Below, piece after piece: positions 26,620 to 39,202 of a stretch of 64,000 nt of DNA; the stretch's first letter is position 1, and each line of letters opens with the position of its first letter. The stretch covers positions 372,001 through 436,000 of the forward strand of contig CT868096.1 of the NCBI GenBank assembly GCA_000165425.1, given 5' to 3'. The position numbers and the translations under genes were made by a program. The notes under the pieces are model-generated. The model was not told the DNA's origin. It was given only the letters and a program-made list of their open reading frames with translations, and searched no databases. This stretch comes from Paramecium tetraurelia (lineage: Eukaryota).

Positions 26620-28827
26620 TCATTATTCTTAATCTTCTAGTTTGGGTTGCTTATTAAGATTTTCCATAAACTTCTCTAACGGACTAATTGTCTTAGCATT
26701 TAATTCTAACTATTTATTCTTCTACATTTGTTTTAGAATTTTTTTGTTTTTTTTCGTTTCTTCCATATCAAATAAGGTTTAATTATCAGATATTTATAAG
26801 CCTGACTGGCCATATCGATTTAGATGTTTAATTAATTATATTTTAAATTTCTTTTTTTACTCATCTAACCTATTTTCTATTTCATTCAAATCATTTCTAT
26901 GTCCAAGCATAGGTTATTGTTATACAAATTAATCTTTTGTTATTATCGGTTGGAGTAAATTAGGAGAAGGAATCATAGATTGATATTTCCTGGATAATTC
27001 TTAAAACTCATAATTTGAGAAATCCTCCAAATTAGACTATCTATAGATTTCCTTGTTATAGGATGAATAATTTCTAAGGTTCTATTTTTCTTATTTCTTC
27101 TTCTTTAATGCATATTCATCATCTTAAGAATGATAATGATTTTAAGAATTCAAGTCATTTGAAAAATACACGCCATCACTTAATTATTCTATTATTTTGT
27201 TATCACATTCAATAAATTAACTAGGATTGCGATGAAATAATTCAAAGCATGGAAATGCACAGATAAATATTTTATTTTCATTGAGTAGTTTTTCACATAG
27301 TCTACATCTATAAAAAGGTTTAGTTAATTAATTGAATTTCATACAAACAACACAATACTTAAATGATTCCTCTTATTTTTAAGGGATTGGAGTATGATAT
27401 GATTCAGAGTATTATTTGCTTAGGCCAAACTCTAATGGCAATGTATTGGTAGTACATTCTTAAAATGTTGAATTCATTTTTTTTTTTGCTTTCTATAAAT
27501 TACTTTCTATTTGTTGCGCTTTCTCAAAAGTAAAGATTTTAGCTAAACTCAATCTAAAGTTGGATTATAGCATGTCCTCAATCAACAATGAAGTATTATA
27601 GATCATAACTTCAAAGTATTCTTCAAACTCTATTCTTAATTAATTGAATCCTTCGACACTGTTTAATTAGGAACATAAGTAAAAATTGCTTCTATATTGT
27701 AATAAATTCATGATTGAGTGTTCGTAGTATTGTTATTAAACATCCTTATAGACTTTAAGAAAACTTTGATTTGAGATTGATTGTTTTTAGGGGAATAAAT
27801 GTACTTAGTATTGATTTTTGATTAAATATAATTATTCTATTTAATATTCACCTGGCAATAAGTTTTAAATTGTTTGATGTAATCTTTTTTCATAAGTAAT
27901 AACAGGGTAGATATCTTAATCAGTTAATTGTATGATTCTTTCCAAGCTCAATTCAAACATGACATATAATATATGATTGTGATTAGAGTATTTGAAGAGC
28001 ATTCTCATAAGTCGATTAATCCTATCCTCTTATTGAATCCTATCAGAAACTACTATCAAATCTATAATGATAAGTCGTGAGAAATCAAAGAGATAGTATG
28101 CTGTATATGCCTTATAAATTTACTCAATAAGAATCAATTCTTATTCTGGTTAGCAAATAGATTTAACTTGTTTCTGAAATTATAGTACTTCATTTAGCAA
28201 TTTAGATTTAGCATTTTAGTTAAGGTACATAAATAAATGAGTGTCTAGAAATTTAAATCTGCCAATGGGCATCATGTATTCAATCCCGCATCTAAGCCAA
28301 GGTTCTGCATTCCAATAATCGTCAATGTAAGGAAATCTAAAAATTCCAAATAATATTTAGAGTCCAAAATAAAGTTGGATCTCTGTTTCTTTATATTTCT
28401 TTTTATTGTATTAAGATGCAATTTTAGAAGGTTGTTACTTTAAGTCTTCTTCTAGAATTGAAAACAAATATTGATTAACTAAATCAGTTAAAGTGACAAT
28501 GAGAGAAGTTGGGAAGAAGTGATCATATACATTTTATGGTGTTTGGAGTTAGACAATTTTCTTAGCATGATATTATGAATAATCCAAAATGTCAGAGGAT
28601 GTTGGTATGATTGCTTCAATGATTTTGAAAGTTCTTTCCAGATTTATTTAAGAGTTATATTCTCTTTCATCATCAGAACGTGGTTAAGTACAATATTCTT
28701 CACAATCACTAAGAGTAACTTCTTATTTCCAAAGGCAATTATATTTCCTAACTTTTTCTGAGATTTGTTATGTTTGGGGCAAGGAAGTCACAACTGTAGT
28801 AGAATTGATTATCACTTCTTGTTTCAT
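26620..28827 (-). CDS. PGML: PiggyMac-like (PgmL) domesticated piggyBac transposase, catalytically inactive, 735 aa, intronless
   Basis: piggyBac core blocks: TPQNVYDHFFPTSLIVTLTDLVNQY, EIQLYFGLQILFGIFRFPYIDDYWNAEPW, MPIGRFKFLDTHL, PEQELILIE, NHILYVMFE and MIYNTSLL..FRLSLA. A Cys-rich domain H..CVVC..CRLC..CAFPCFELFH follows at 27232-27396, then a charged C-terminal extension. Confidence 0.88.
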
Positions 28828-29011
28828 AGTAATTATTAAATTAGCAGGTCTGATATGGGATTAGATAATTATCTTGGAAATAAAGAGATTTTTATTGATA
28901 TCCTTTTATTTTTTTAGAAATTGTAATTATATGCATATGTCTATATTTGCTTATTTAATATAGAGACAATATGAAAAGTTTAAATTAAATAATTTCTTAA
29001 TTTCTCTCTTA

Positions 29012-30783
29012 ATGCAACGCGAAAATTATAATGATAATAAAAGTAGAAGCAGAAGTCGCAGTAAGTCTAGCAAAAGGAACAATTAACATAACCAACCCTA
29101 AAATTAGAAATCTCAAAAAGAAGGAAATTGTTACTAAAATGATAATAAAGAATATATATCTCACAATTCTAGTCCAATTAGATTATAAGAAGAACATCAT
29201 ATTAGCGATGAACATACTAAGTAAATATTGTGATAATGCAGAGAAAGCAAAGAAGAATATAAGATCTTAGATTAGAATTAAAAGATCAATCTAGCGCCTA
29301 ATAATTAATTTTAAATACAGTGTGAAAATTTAGATTTGGGCAATAGACATTATACAACGATTCCTCTACCTTAGAAGGATCTTAATAGTAACATAAAGGA
29401 GTCCCTTGATAAATAGGTATATGAAATGATCACGATAAATGACAGTAGCCAAGAAGACAACCGAGATGCTGGCAGTATTGGAGATAAGACAGGGCATCAT
29501 CATGATATCGATTAAGTTGAGAATTCTAAAATGGATTCAACAAGAAATGGCCAACTAGGATAAAAAATACCAAAAATTTAGAAAACAAAAATAAAAAGAG
29601 AATCGTAATAACAAACTAAATAAACAAAATAATCTTTTGATTGTATAGATTTAACTAAGGATGATACTATCTTATCCTTTTTTGGACTTAATCATCCAAT
29701 GTTATAAAGTTCTTTGGAATACAATAAAAATGAATTATTCGAATTAGTGGAGCCTTATGAATATTAATGTGGAAATTTCATGATTAGTTTAGGAATACAA
29801 GGCCATTATACTGCTATTGTCACTCTGCCTAGTCTATCCTAAAAGAAGGCTGTTTATTATTTATTTATGAAGTTCCAATTTGATCAAAAAAACGTTTATT
29901 GCATGATCCCTGAAGATGACTAAACAATATTACTGGTTAATTCTAATATTTAAACACTTTATTATTACTGTAACTCAAATACTCAATAAAAGGGAAACCA
30001 TAAAACAACCTTCTAAGAAAGCATCCTGAAATACAAATTTCCATATATCTTTCCAACTCTAATCCGAAAATTTGTAGTTTCTTATTAAAAAAATGATTAA
30101 TAGATTCGATATCAAATCAATTATGATTCGCATGCTATTCAACTGGCAATTGAAGATTATTATTAGGATATTCCTGGGCATTTAATAACAGGTACTAGTC
30201 ATCCTATATTGAAAATTCTTTTTATTAAAACGCAAAATAATTAGATTCCTTAATTTTACTACAAGTTTTTAAGTGTTCCACTCTATGAAGGACAATTCAG
30301 TTTGAAGGCTTCACTTCTACAAAATTCCAATTTAATTGTTGTAGAGAGAAGGTTAATTACTAAATAAATTTTTAGGTTCTTAAGTCCCTTCTGTTATGGC
30401 ATCCATTCAATCAAAATCGAAGTCAATCGAATTACAAATGTTATTATAATGAAATAATCTGGAAAAGATTAAGAAATTCAATCAAAAAATATTCAATAAT
30501 TTTGGGATGAAGTCCATTAAAAATATCTTTAATTATATCCTTCGTATAATTTTAATTTATCTTTAGGAAATTGTTATATAATTACTTTGTAGAACTCATA
30601 AACTAGGATAGAAAAGTGTTAGAAAAGTATAAGAAATGGAATCAATTAAATGAGTACTTGAGTAAATCTCAGTAATTCAAACCTAATAAGTAGAATGAGA
30701 AGCCCATTATCCTCAATAATAAGGAATTCTTTTGTTTTTCTATAGAGGACATAAAAAATGGAAACAGAATTAAATATTAATGA
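29012..30783 (+). CDS. Hypothetical protein with an RS-rich N-terminus, SUMO-interacting-motif-like peptides and a folded-looking C-terminal domain
   Basis: MQRENYNDNKSRSRSRSKS...MITINDSS...CIDLTKDD; three tiny introns; TGA at 30781-30783. Confidence 0.75.
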
Positions 30784-31810
30784 TAAATATGAATAAATTA
30801 TAGTTTGTCTTTAAATTTTCAAAAGTAAATCTATAAACTTGAGAATGCCCAAAAATACATCTCTGATTTAGTCTAAAAGACTGATTGGATCTGTTTTCCA
30901 ATATCTAGACATGTTTCTTAATAAGTGAAGTATTTATTAATAAACGAAAAAAGATAAGATTACTTGAACAATTTGTCTTCATGCAGCTGCAAAAATAACT
31001 CATTACAAAAATACCTATTTCAAAAAATGATAAACTAGCAAGTAATAAGTAGAGAAATCAGAATTTGCAAATATTGTATTTGATAAGTCAATAATGATAA
31101 TAATCATTTTAGTATAGAATTGCTATATTGACAATTATAAATTGTTGGTATAATTCAATAATTATTACTAATTTTTAATAAGATTGTAAATTAATTTTAA
31201 ATTTACAATATATAGGGCTACTACTGCTGAAGCAAACAGATGATCACAATTTATATTGCTTTTATTTTTAATGAGAATGGATATTGAAAGCCTAGATTCA
31301 AAATCATTAGCAGAGTTATGAGCATAAACAGTTGGCTATACAGAATATCAAAACTAGTGCCTTTGACACTTTAAGATTATAAAATTAAATTTACCATATG
31401 ATATGAAATTTAAACATAGTATAAATCTTCGATCACTTTGGGATAGAATTAAGGGTACTATTATAATAGATTTTCAAGGGGAACCTAAGGAAAAACTATT
31501 TGATGCAGTTTAGAAGAGGCTGCTTTCACTAGACCGCAATTAATCAAAAAGGCTTAATTTAAAGATAAAATTATAGATTAATCTTTTCAGAGCCTTTCTA
31601 CACTAATTCAAACTGAGCAATATTTAGAAGAACTCGAATTCTATTATGTTAAGATATTTGAAAAGCATAGTTCCATTTATATTAAAGCGATCAATCAAAA
31701 TTCATATGTATAGTTACCATTAACTTTGTTTAAAATAGCAGAAAATGAGATTTCTAAATAAAGATTACGAATCCTAATGAATATTTATTTATTGAAATTA
31801 AATTAATTTT

Positions 31811-34544
31811 ATGAAAAAGTCATATTCATAAAATAATTCAGGACCTTTTGATTTTCCAGAAGTTAATAAACCCAGGTTCGAACCTTAACTTCATAAAATC
31901 AGTGCAAGCACTCAGTAAAAGGTTGTAATATAGAAATTGACTAATTCTCTCAATAATAATAAAATTGTTACACAATCAACAGAATTACCTCAGACAATTA
32001 GAAGTTAAATTTAAAAGCCTTTAATTAATTCAGAACGATTTATGTTTGATTTAGATGCTTCAATGGTTTATATTCATAGAGAAAAAATAAGTTAATTTGA
32101 AGAACTTGAACAATAAAGGATTCTATAATTATTAAAGGATGTGCAATCAAAAGTTCCTTAAGTAAATGATAAAGTAAATCATTTCATAGGATTAGCAGGA
32201 TAGTTCGAAAATGAAAAAGTCAATCCATTAGTGAATTAATTCATAAAAATAGTTGAATAATTATTGTAAATTTTGGATGAGAAAACAAAGGAAATGAAAG
32301 AATATTAATTTGCATTAAAGCAAAGCAGAGAGCAAGTGTAAAATAATAGTAGGTTGATTGAAGATTAATCACAGATGATAAAATATATGGAAAGTCAAAA
32401 TTAAAATGCTAAAAATGTGACCAGAACCTTTTAGAGATCTAATGAATTGGCTGTAATAAACGTTTAGCTTGAGAAGAAAGTTGAACTTTTGAATTAAAAT
32501 TTATAATTTTTAATGAATCAAAACAAAGATAGTTTAGCCACTCAATTATAATAGAAAATTGATTAACTAAATAAAACTATTGAGGAACAACAAAATAAAT
32601 TATATGATGATAACAATAAAGAGATTTAATTGTCACAATAAATATAGGCTCTCAAATCAACCGAATTTAAACATTAAATTCAACTTAAGAAATTAGAAGA
32701 TAAAATCTAAGATTATGAAATAAAACTAAAAGAGTTAACTTTTTAGGCTTCATACTCTAAAGAATAAAAGGATCAATATCGAGAACTATATTATATGACA
32801 TATGAAGATTTATAGATGAATAAATTGAATACTCAAATGGAAAGAAAACAAATGCAAAGGAGTTTTGAAAAAATTAGAATGCTATAAGATAGGATAGATG
32901 AAATGACAGTCAAAAGAAGTAAAGAAGTGGATGCTCCTTTTTAAAGCAGAGTTGAAGGTGATATGGTCTAATTATAAGCAATTACCAAGATTTTAGATGA
33001 AGATCACGTATTTTAAAGGTATATGATGAGTAGTTTCCTAAAGAATGTCCAAGAGTATGATTCAAAATTAGTAGATGCATATGTTGATGTGAAAAGGCTA
33101 GTTGTAGGCAGAGATGAAGAAGCAGAATTATAAACATTAAGATATAATTATCCACCATTCACTCTATTTCTGGAAAAGAGGATTGTCGATTAGGAAACTT
33201 AATATTTATAAATAAGACCAATCTCTAATAATTTTATGGGTCTACTTAGAGCTATTTTGGATGGCATGCACATTGAATTTCAAAAAAACACTTGCATTTC
33301 TTTTTAAAGTTATGTAATTTCTTGGTTAAGTACATTCACAATTGAGAATCATCAAGTTATAATATTTCCGGATGATACAAAAAGAGTATATTTATAAACT
33401 ATAAATTAAGGTCAAGATAGAAGAGTAATTGCACACTTTTTATCTAGATTTGATGGTACCTAGATTAGATAAAGTTTGGGAAGTAGTACAATTTAGACAT
33501 TTTTTAAATGACATCTATTCATTAGAGGAATTATATTTCTATCTTCATGCTCGCTTTCTGTTGAGAAGGGGACCTTGGATGGAAACCTTTGATGCAATAT
33601 ATGGTGTAGTCCATTATATGAAAGTACAATAAGCAGAATCCATAATACTCAGGTTTTTAGAATAATTTGATAAAATCAATTAAACTTTAGTAATAAGAGC
33701 AGTAAATGAGCGAATCGTAGAAGGAAAAAGTAATTTATATATTTTAATTAGATAAGAAGATAGAAAATTAATATAAACTGGCTTTGTATTATAGTTACTG
33801 TTGGAAATTTTCAGAATAGATCGAATGAATAGATACAAAATTCTATCTTTTGCGTTTCCAGCATAACCCATAACCTTTAAATAGTTTCATAAGTTTGTGA
33901 GGGGAAATTTTTCAAAATGTACTGAAGGCGAGACTGCTGATTTATGGAGGGAAGTCTATATGATTTCAAATGGTATTCCAAATTTGAATTCGTTTTTCAC
34001 TGCTGCTTAATCCCTATTTATCAAGTCTCTAATTCTCCCTGCAATATATACTCTTCCTCTTTTGGATTCTAATAAAAAATTAGCCTTTGATGAATTAAAC
34101 TTCACTACAATGAAAATCTAAGAATAAATGAAAGAACTTGCCGATTCTGAGTTGGATGTTCTCAAAACATTAATTCCTACAATTTATTAGGAAGAAATGC
34201 TCAGAATAATAAAATAATTATTACCAAAAAATTAAATTCAATTTGTTAATCCTCTAGAATATATATTTAAATTTATGAAGCTAATCCTCACATTGAAATA
34301 TAATACTATTCTAGCAGATGGTCTAGAAGAAGATGGTGTAAATAGAAAAGGTTTTATCACTGAAACATTTACTTAATTTATCACTTAAGAGATTAATGAT
34401 TTGAATAAAATTACTTATAAAAAGCAATCGTTTATGTCAGATTAAGAAATTAGAATATCCAGACTACAAAAATTTGCCAAGAAAAAAGTAAAAAAAATTT
34501 ATGTTATCATGTCATCTGTATTACAATCAAGAATTAAATAATGA
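31811..34544 (+). CDS. Large hypothetical coiled-coil protein with a helical C-terminal domain
   Basis: Long code-6 frame from MKKSYSQNNSGPF; includes WEVVQFRHFLNDIYSLEELYFYLHARFLL; ends VLQSRIKQ-TGA. Confidence 0.7.
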
Positions 34545-34551
34545 TATTATT

Positions 34552-37500
34552 TCACATATTATCAAAATCGTTGAAACTCTGTATCATTGCTCCTTAATTA
34601 ATATACTATCCAACGTCATCTACAACTTATTAAATTAGTTATGTTTGCTATGGTTGACCTTGTGCCTAAGAAGTTTAAGTTTATTATTATGGATCTTTTG
34701 GCTTAGCAGGCTTTCTTTTAGTAGCCCTGTAATCTTCAACAATTTTCTTTCCTTTCTCCAATTTAGTTTCTGAGGTTTCATTTATGAAATCGCCTTCATT
34801 TTATTCTTGTTGATCTTTCTCATACAATCTTATATACATATTATTTAATAATGGTATTAGAGAATCCTATTTAAATAGCTCAATAGTCCTTCTATAAGAT
34901 TCAGATTTCAATATTATGTCTCTAATTAAAATTTTATCATCAATCCTTTTACATTCGTCTAGCAATCCGATACAGGCCTAAAATAATCGAATATCGTAAG
35001 TTTTATGCAGTTTTTCAAAAAGTTAATAGATATCCTTGAATTTTTGCATTTTTAACAAAATTTTGATAATTAATTTGATTATTTTAGACTTTTAATAATT
35101 AAAGATGAGGTCTTATGAATAATAGTGACTGAGTACTTCATCTTTTTCACACTTGTATTTATCAATTTATAAGTAATAATACACAAGATCTCTACTGTTT
35201 GGTTGATAAATAGAAGATATTTATGCAAAAACTTAATCTATAGGGGCTTAACTGTTAAATTTTAAATGTGTTGCATAATAGAATGATTCAATAACATACC
35301 TTTAAGCCTTTTTCCTTACCAATTTTTGTGTATTCTCTATGAATATAGTTAAAAGGTTATTCAAAATTAAATTAACTTCTTATGTATTGTATTCAGTGTT
35401 CTCCTCTTATTCAAGTTGTTCTTAAGTAAAATTAGATATTTTGAATTTCCTATTGTCATATTAAAATTAAAATTATAGATCACTCTGATTTTAATTTAAT
35501 AAATAAGAATACTTTTCTTTGATTATTTAAACTAATTGATTTAATTGGTTGTAAAGTCTGTGCCTTAGAAACCTTCTGATAAATTTATAAATATTTATAT
35601 AAAGATCCTACTTCATTTCTTGTTCACCGTCATTGGATTGATAAAAATATTCAATTTCATATTCTTTCATTTACTTGATTAAATCAACAAGACTGCAAAT
35701 ATTATCTAAATTTTAACTAATTCTTTCAATTGGAATATTCCTATATTTTCTCATTACTTTTTTTTCATAAAGTTGTAAAACCCTGAAGTTGTTCTCTATT
35801 TCAAAAGCATCTTTTGGCAAATTGAATTATTTCTGATAAAGTGCCTAATATCCTTATTCTGTCTTTTTATACAACTATTCATTACTTGAATGTTAATATT
35901 CAACCTACCTTTGCATTAATTTGATAAGGTCCATAATATATCTATATTCATTTAAGTGATTTAATTGAGGATTCTTATTCACCAGTGCCTAAATCTTTTT
36001 CTAACTTAAAAACCAATCAATTTCAGTTTAATTCTTCTGCTTAAATTACTTTTGGGCTTATTCAAAAGTACCTTAATACAAATAATTCCATAAAAATGGT
36101 GATTCTTTATAAGCTAAAGCATAACAAATATTTTTAAAATCAATCTTTTGTTGACTTTCATTAAAATTCAGTTCTTCTGATTTTTGAATTTGATAATATA
36201 AGTTTGATTTGTAATCACACTACAAATTGTTCTGATGAATACATTCTTGAAATTCTTTAATTGATTAAACTTTTTATTTCTGCTTAGTAAATATTGATGA
36301 ATATAACCATTCAGCAAATTCCTAAATTTTAGTATCATTAAATTTTTGCAGAGACTTCTTAATGACATCAAGAATAAATTGATTTAATTATCTCTAATCT
36401 TAAAATAGCTTTGAAAAATGAGTTAAGAAATAACCCATGAACTGAAGCTCAATCTCAGATAAGTCTCTTGTAAATTCTTACAATAGATAATAACTTTTTA
36501 AGAATATGTACTAAAAGTTTTTGCTTAATTCTTTAGTACTTAATCCGAATTCAACTCTAATTTTCTCTTTAGCAAATCTCTTTATATGTTCAATAATTTT
36601 TGGATCTCCCATATTAATTTTGATAGTATGATTTTATAAGAATTCAACTGATTTAGTGGGGAACTAATAATTATACTTTCCTATCTTAAAGGCATTTTCT
36701 GTTTGTTCTTTTGTTAATTATAGATTTTAGTATGATTTCTAGAATATGTCATCCGATTCTACTTCATCCTCAGAAGCACTTGAAAATGATTCTGGCTAAG
36801 GGTATTTACTTTCAAATTTTTCAATTTCAATTTGCAACTCATTTTATTGGACCATAAATTAAGGTGTGTATTGGTCTTTTAAATCTAACAAATGAATCAA
36901 ATAATAACGAAGCTCTAAATCATTTTAAACACTGTTTTTATATTAATCTATTAATTGATTATATCTATCTTTCATTTATATTTTTGCTTTAATGAACTCT
37001 TGAAGGATGAGATCTATGTTTACATATGTGAAAAGCTTGTTTATATTTAGATGATGAAATCTTAGAATTTCCATCAAAATTAGATGCTTATTATAGCCAT
37101 TTGTTTGAGTTAAGAATATTTCAATAAATTTAGCCAAAAACTCACTTGAATCATATTCCATTAAAGAATAAATTATGGAAAATTTCAAGAATATAAAGCC
37201 AATTAAAAGATCAGGTTAATTGATATTCAAAAATTACTAAATTAATGGTTATACAAATCTATAAATTACTTTAAGTTCTTCCTTTTATTGTACAAAATAA
37301 AATTAATTAAGACAAATTATAGCTAACCTTTTGACTAAATCATAACTTTAATTCTATTATAGATAGTCTTACACATAATTGATTTAAGTTCTAATTTTCT
37401 CATTATCTTCTAATCTCTATTCTTTTTATTCCCATTAAGTAAGAATTTATTAAATTTATTAGGATTAATGTGGTGAGTTAGAAGAAATTTAAAATTATGC

Positions 37501-39167
37501 AGATTTTATCTTATCTCTAATTTCTTAAGTTATTTCTGGGTTATTTAATTCTAATACACACAATTTTGCTATTCTTCCTTAAAAAAAATTGATATCACTA
37601 TGTATCTAGGCCATGACTCTGTAATATTTTGATAAATATGATTAGATTTCTGCTTGATCATTTATTACTTAAGCGATATTTGTTTACAAAAGTTCTAATT
37701 TCATATTATTAATAAAAGTAATAAAATTTTTAATTTTGTTTTGTTGTTCTGGAGATTTTGGTTTCTTTTCTTTAAATCTCAAAGTTAATTCTTCATATGC
37801 AACTTCCAATAATCTCAATTTAATTTTAGGATTATCAGTAAATTTGTTCGTTGAGTATTAAGCCCAAACAATACAATTTATTAAACCTCTTAGAGCTTCG
37901 TGGTATGAAGAACTATTAGAATTTTTACTTTAGGGACTTTTTTATTGTTCACTTACCATATCCTATTATTAGGGAGGATTCTCATACAATTAATAGTCTT
38001 AACAAATTAATGTTATTAGACTTTGTAATAATTCAATTATTGTCAAGAACTATTTTTTGTTTAATTGTTCCAATAGAAATTTAGCTACAGGACACTCTTA
38101 CTTTTCATTTTATTCACTTGAAATTTTATTGTTATTATTATTAAGTTAGAATATTTCATTTCCATCAAATTACTTCATTAATTCTATTAATTTATTGTGA
38201 TTAGATTGAATAATTTAATCTAATACGAATTATTAATCTTATTGCTGCTTAGATTTTTTTGACTTCTATCTTTCGGATTATTTAACTGGCTGACTTTCCT
38301 TTGGCAACTCCTTTGAAACATCTTTGGAATTTTATTGTTGATCTTTGGAAATCACTATTATTTTAGTATTAGACATAAAGCATTTCTCATTCTAAATAAA
38401 ATCAAACTTTTTTGGTTCAAAATTGACATTTATTTATAAAATATTCTATATTTTTTTAAAGAATTTCTTTAAATCATAAGTATCTAATTTAATTTCAAAT
38501 TAGAATGTTTAATTAAAATATTCTAACTTCTAATTTGATTCAAAGGGAATCTTTTCTAATTGTTATTGAATTTAAGATTGTTCTTTCAAAAGCTCATTAA
38601 CAAAATCAGTAATATTATTTTTATCAATAAAGTATTTGTTCAATTCTGCAATTTTGTGCTTGAGATTATTATTATCAGCCATTTTATCAAAATATATTTG
38701 GAATTATTTTTAATCATCCATTAAAAAACAAATAGAACAGACTTGATAGAGTATGGCCTAGATGAGATTAGGTGAATTGCATAATTGTAGTCTATATAAA
38801 TCTAATTGAATTAATACGCTTTCAATATAACATTTAAGGCTCTAGGCATCATTCCTAATTGCCTAAATATTAAAGCCATTTTTCTTTGGGTTTGCCAGCA
38901 ATTATCTGAAATTAATGTACTTTGGTAATAATAATATAAAGCTTCGCATTTATTCTCTACACAATCACTTTAGGCTTGAATTTCAGCTAATGACATGTAG
39001 ATTCCATATAAAATCTTTTTATCATCTTGATTAATAATGGATTGATTCTGCATTAAATCCTTCAAAATTTGTATCCCTTTTGCTTCATTCCCATTTTCAA
39101 GCAGGTCAATAGCCTATTAGTATTACTAAAATAATTCGGACTCTAGCTTCTCTTGGTTTTGACTCAT
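34552..39167 (-). CDS. Large TPR/helical protein, N-terminus resembling Cabin1/Hir3 (HIRA histone chaperone complex)
   Basis: About 4.6 kb of coding-like sequence, with only the ends translated. N-terminal ESELFQQYQQAIDLLE...ILYGIYMSLAEI...EALYYYYQSTLISD..W..MALIFRQLG is TPR-like. Confidence 0.6.
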
Positions 39168-39202
39168 TAATAAAATAAAATATTATGTAAAAAATAATAA
39201 AT

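Noticed and set aside
26540..29011. Active piggyBac transposon
   Set aside because: No recognisable terminal inverted repeats, the catalytic Asp residues are absent, and host genes abut both sides; TTAA is too common here to be informative.
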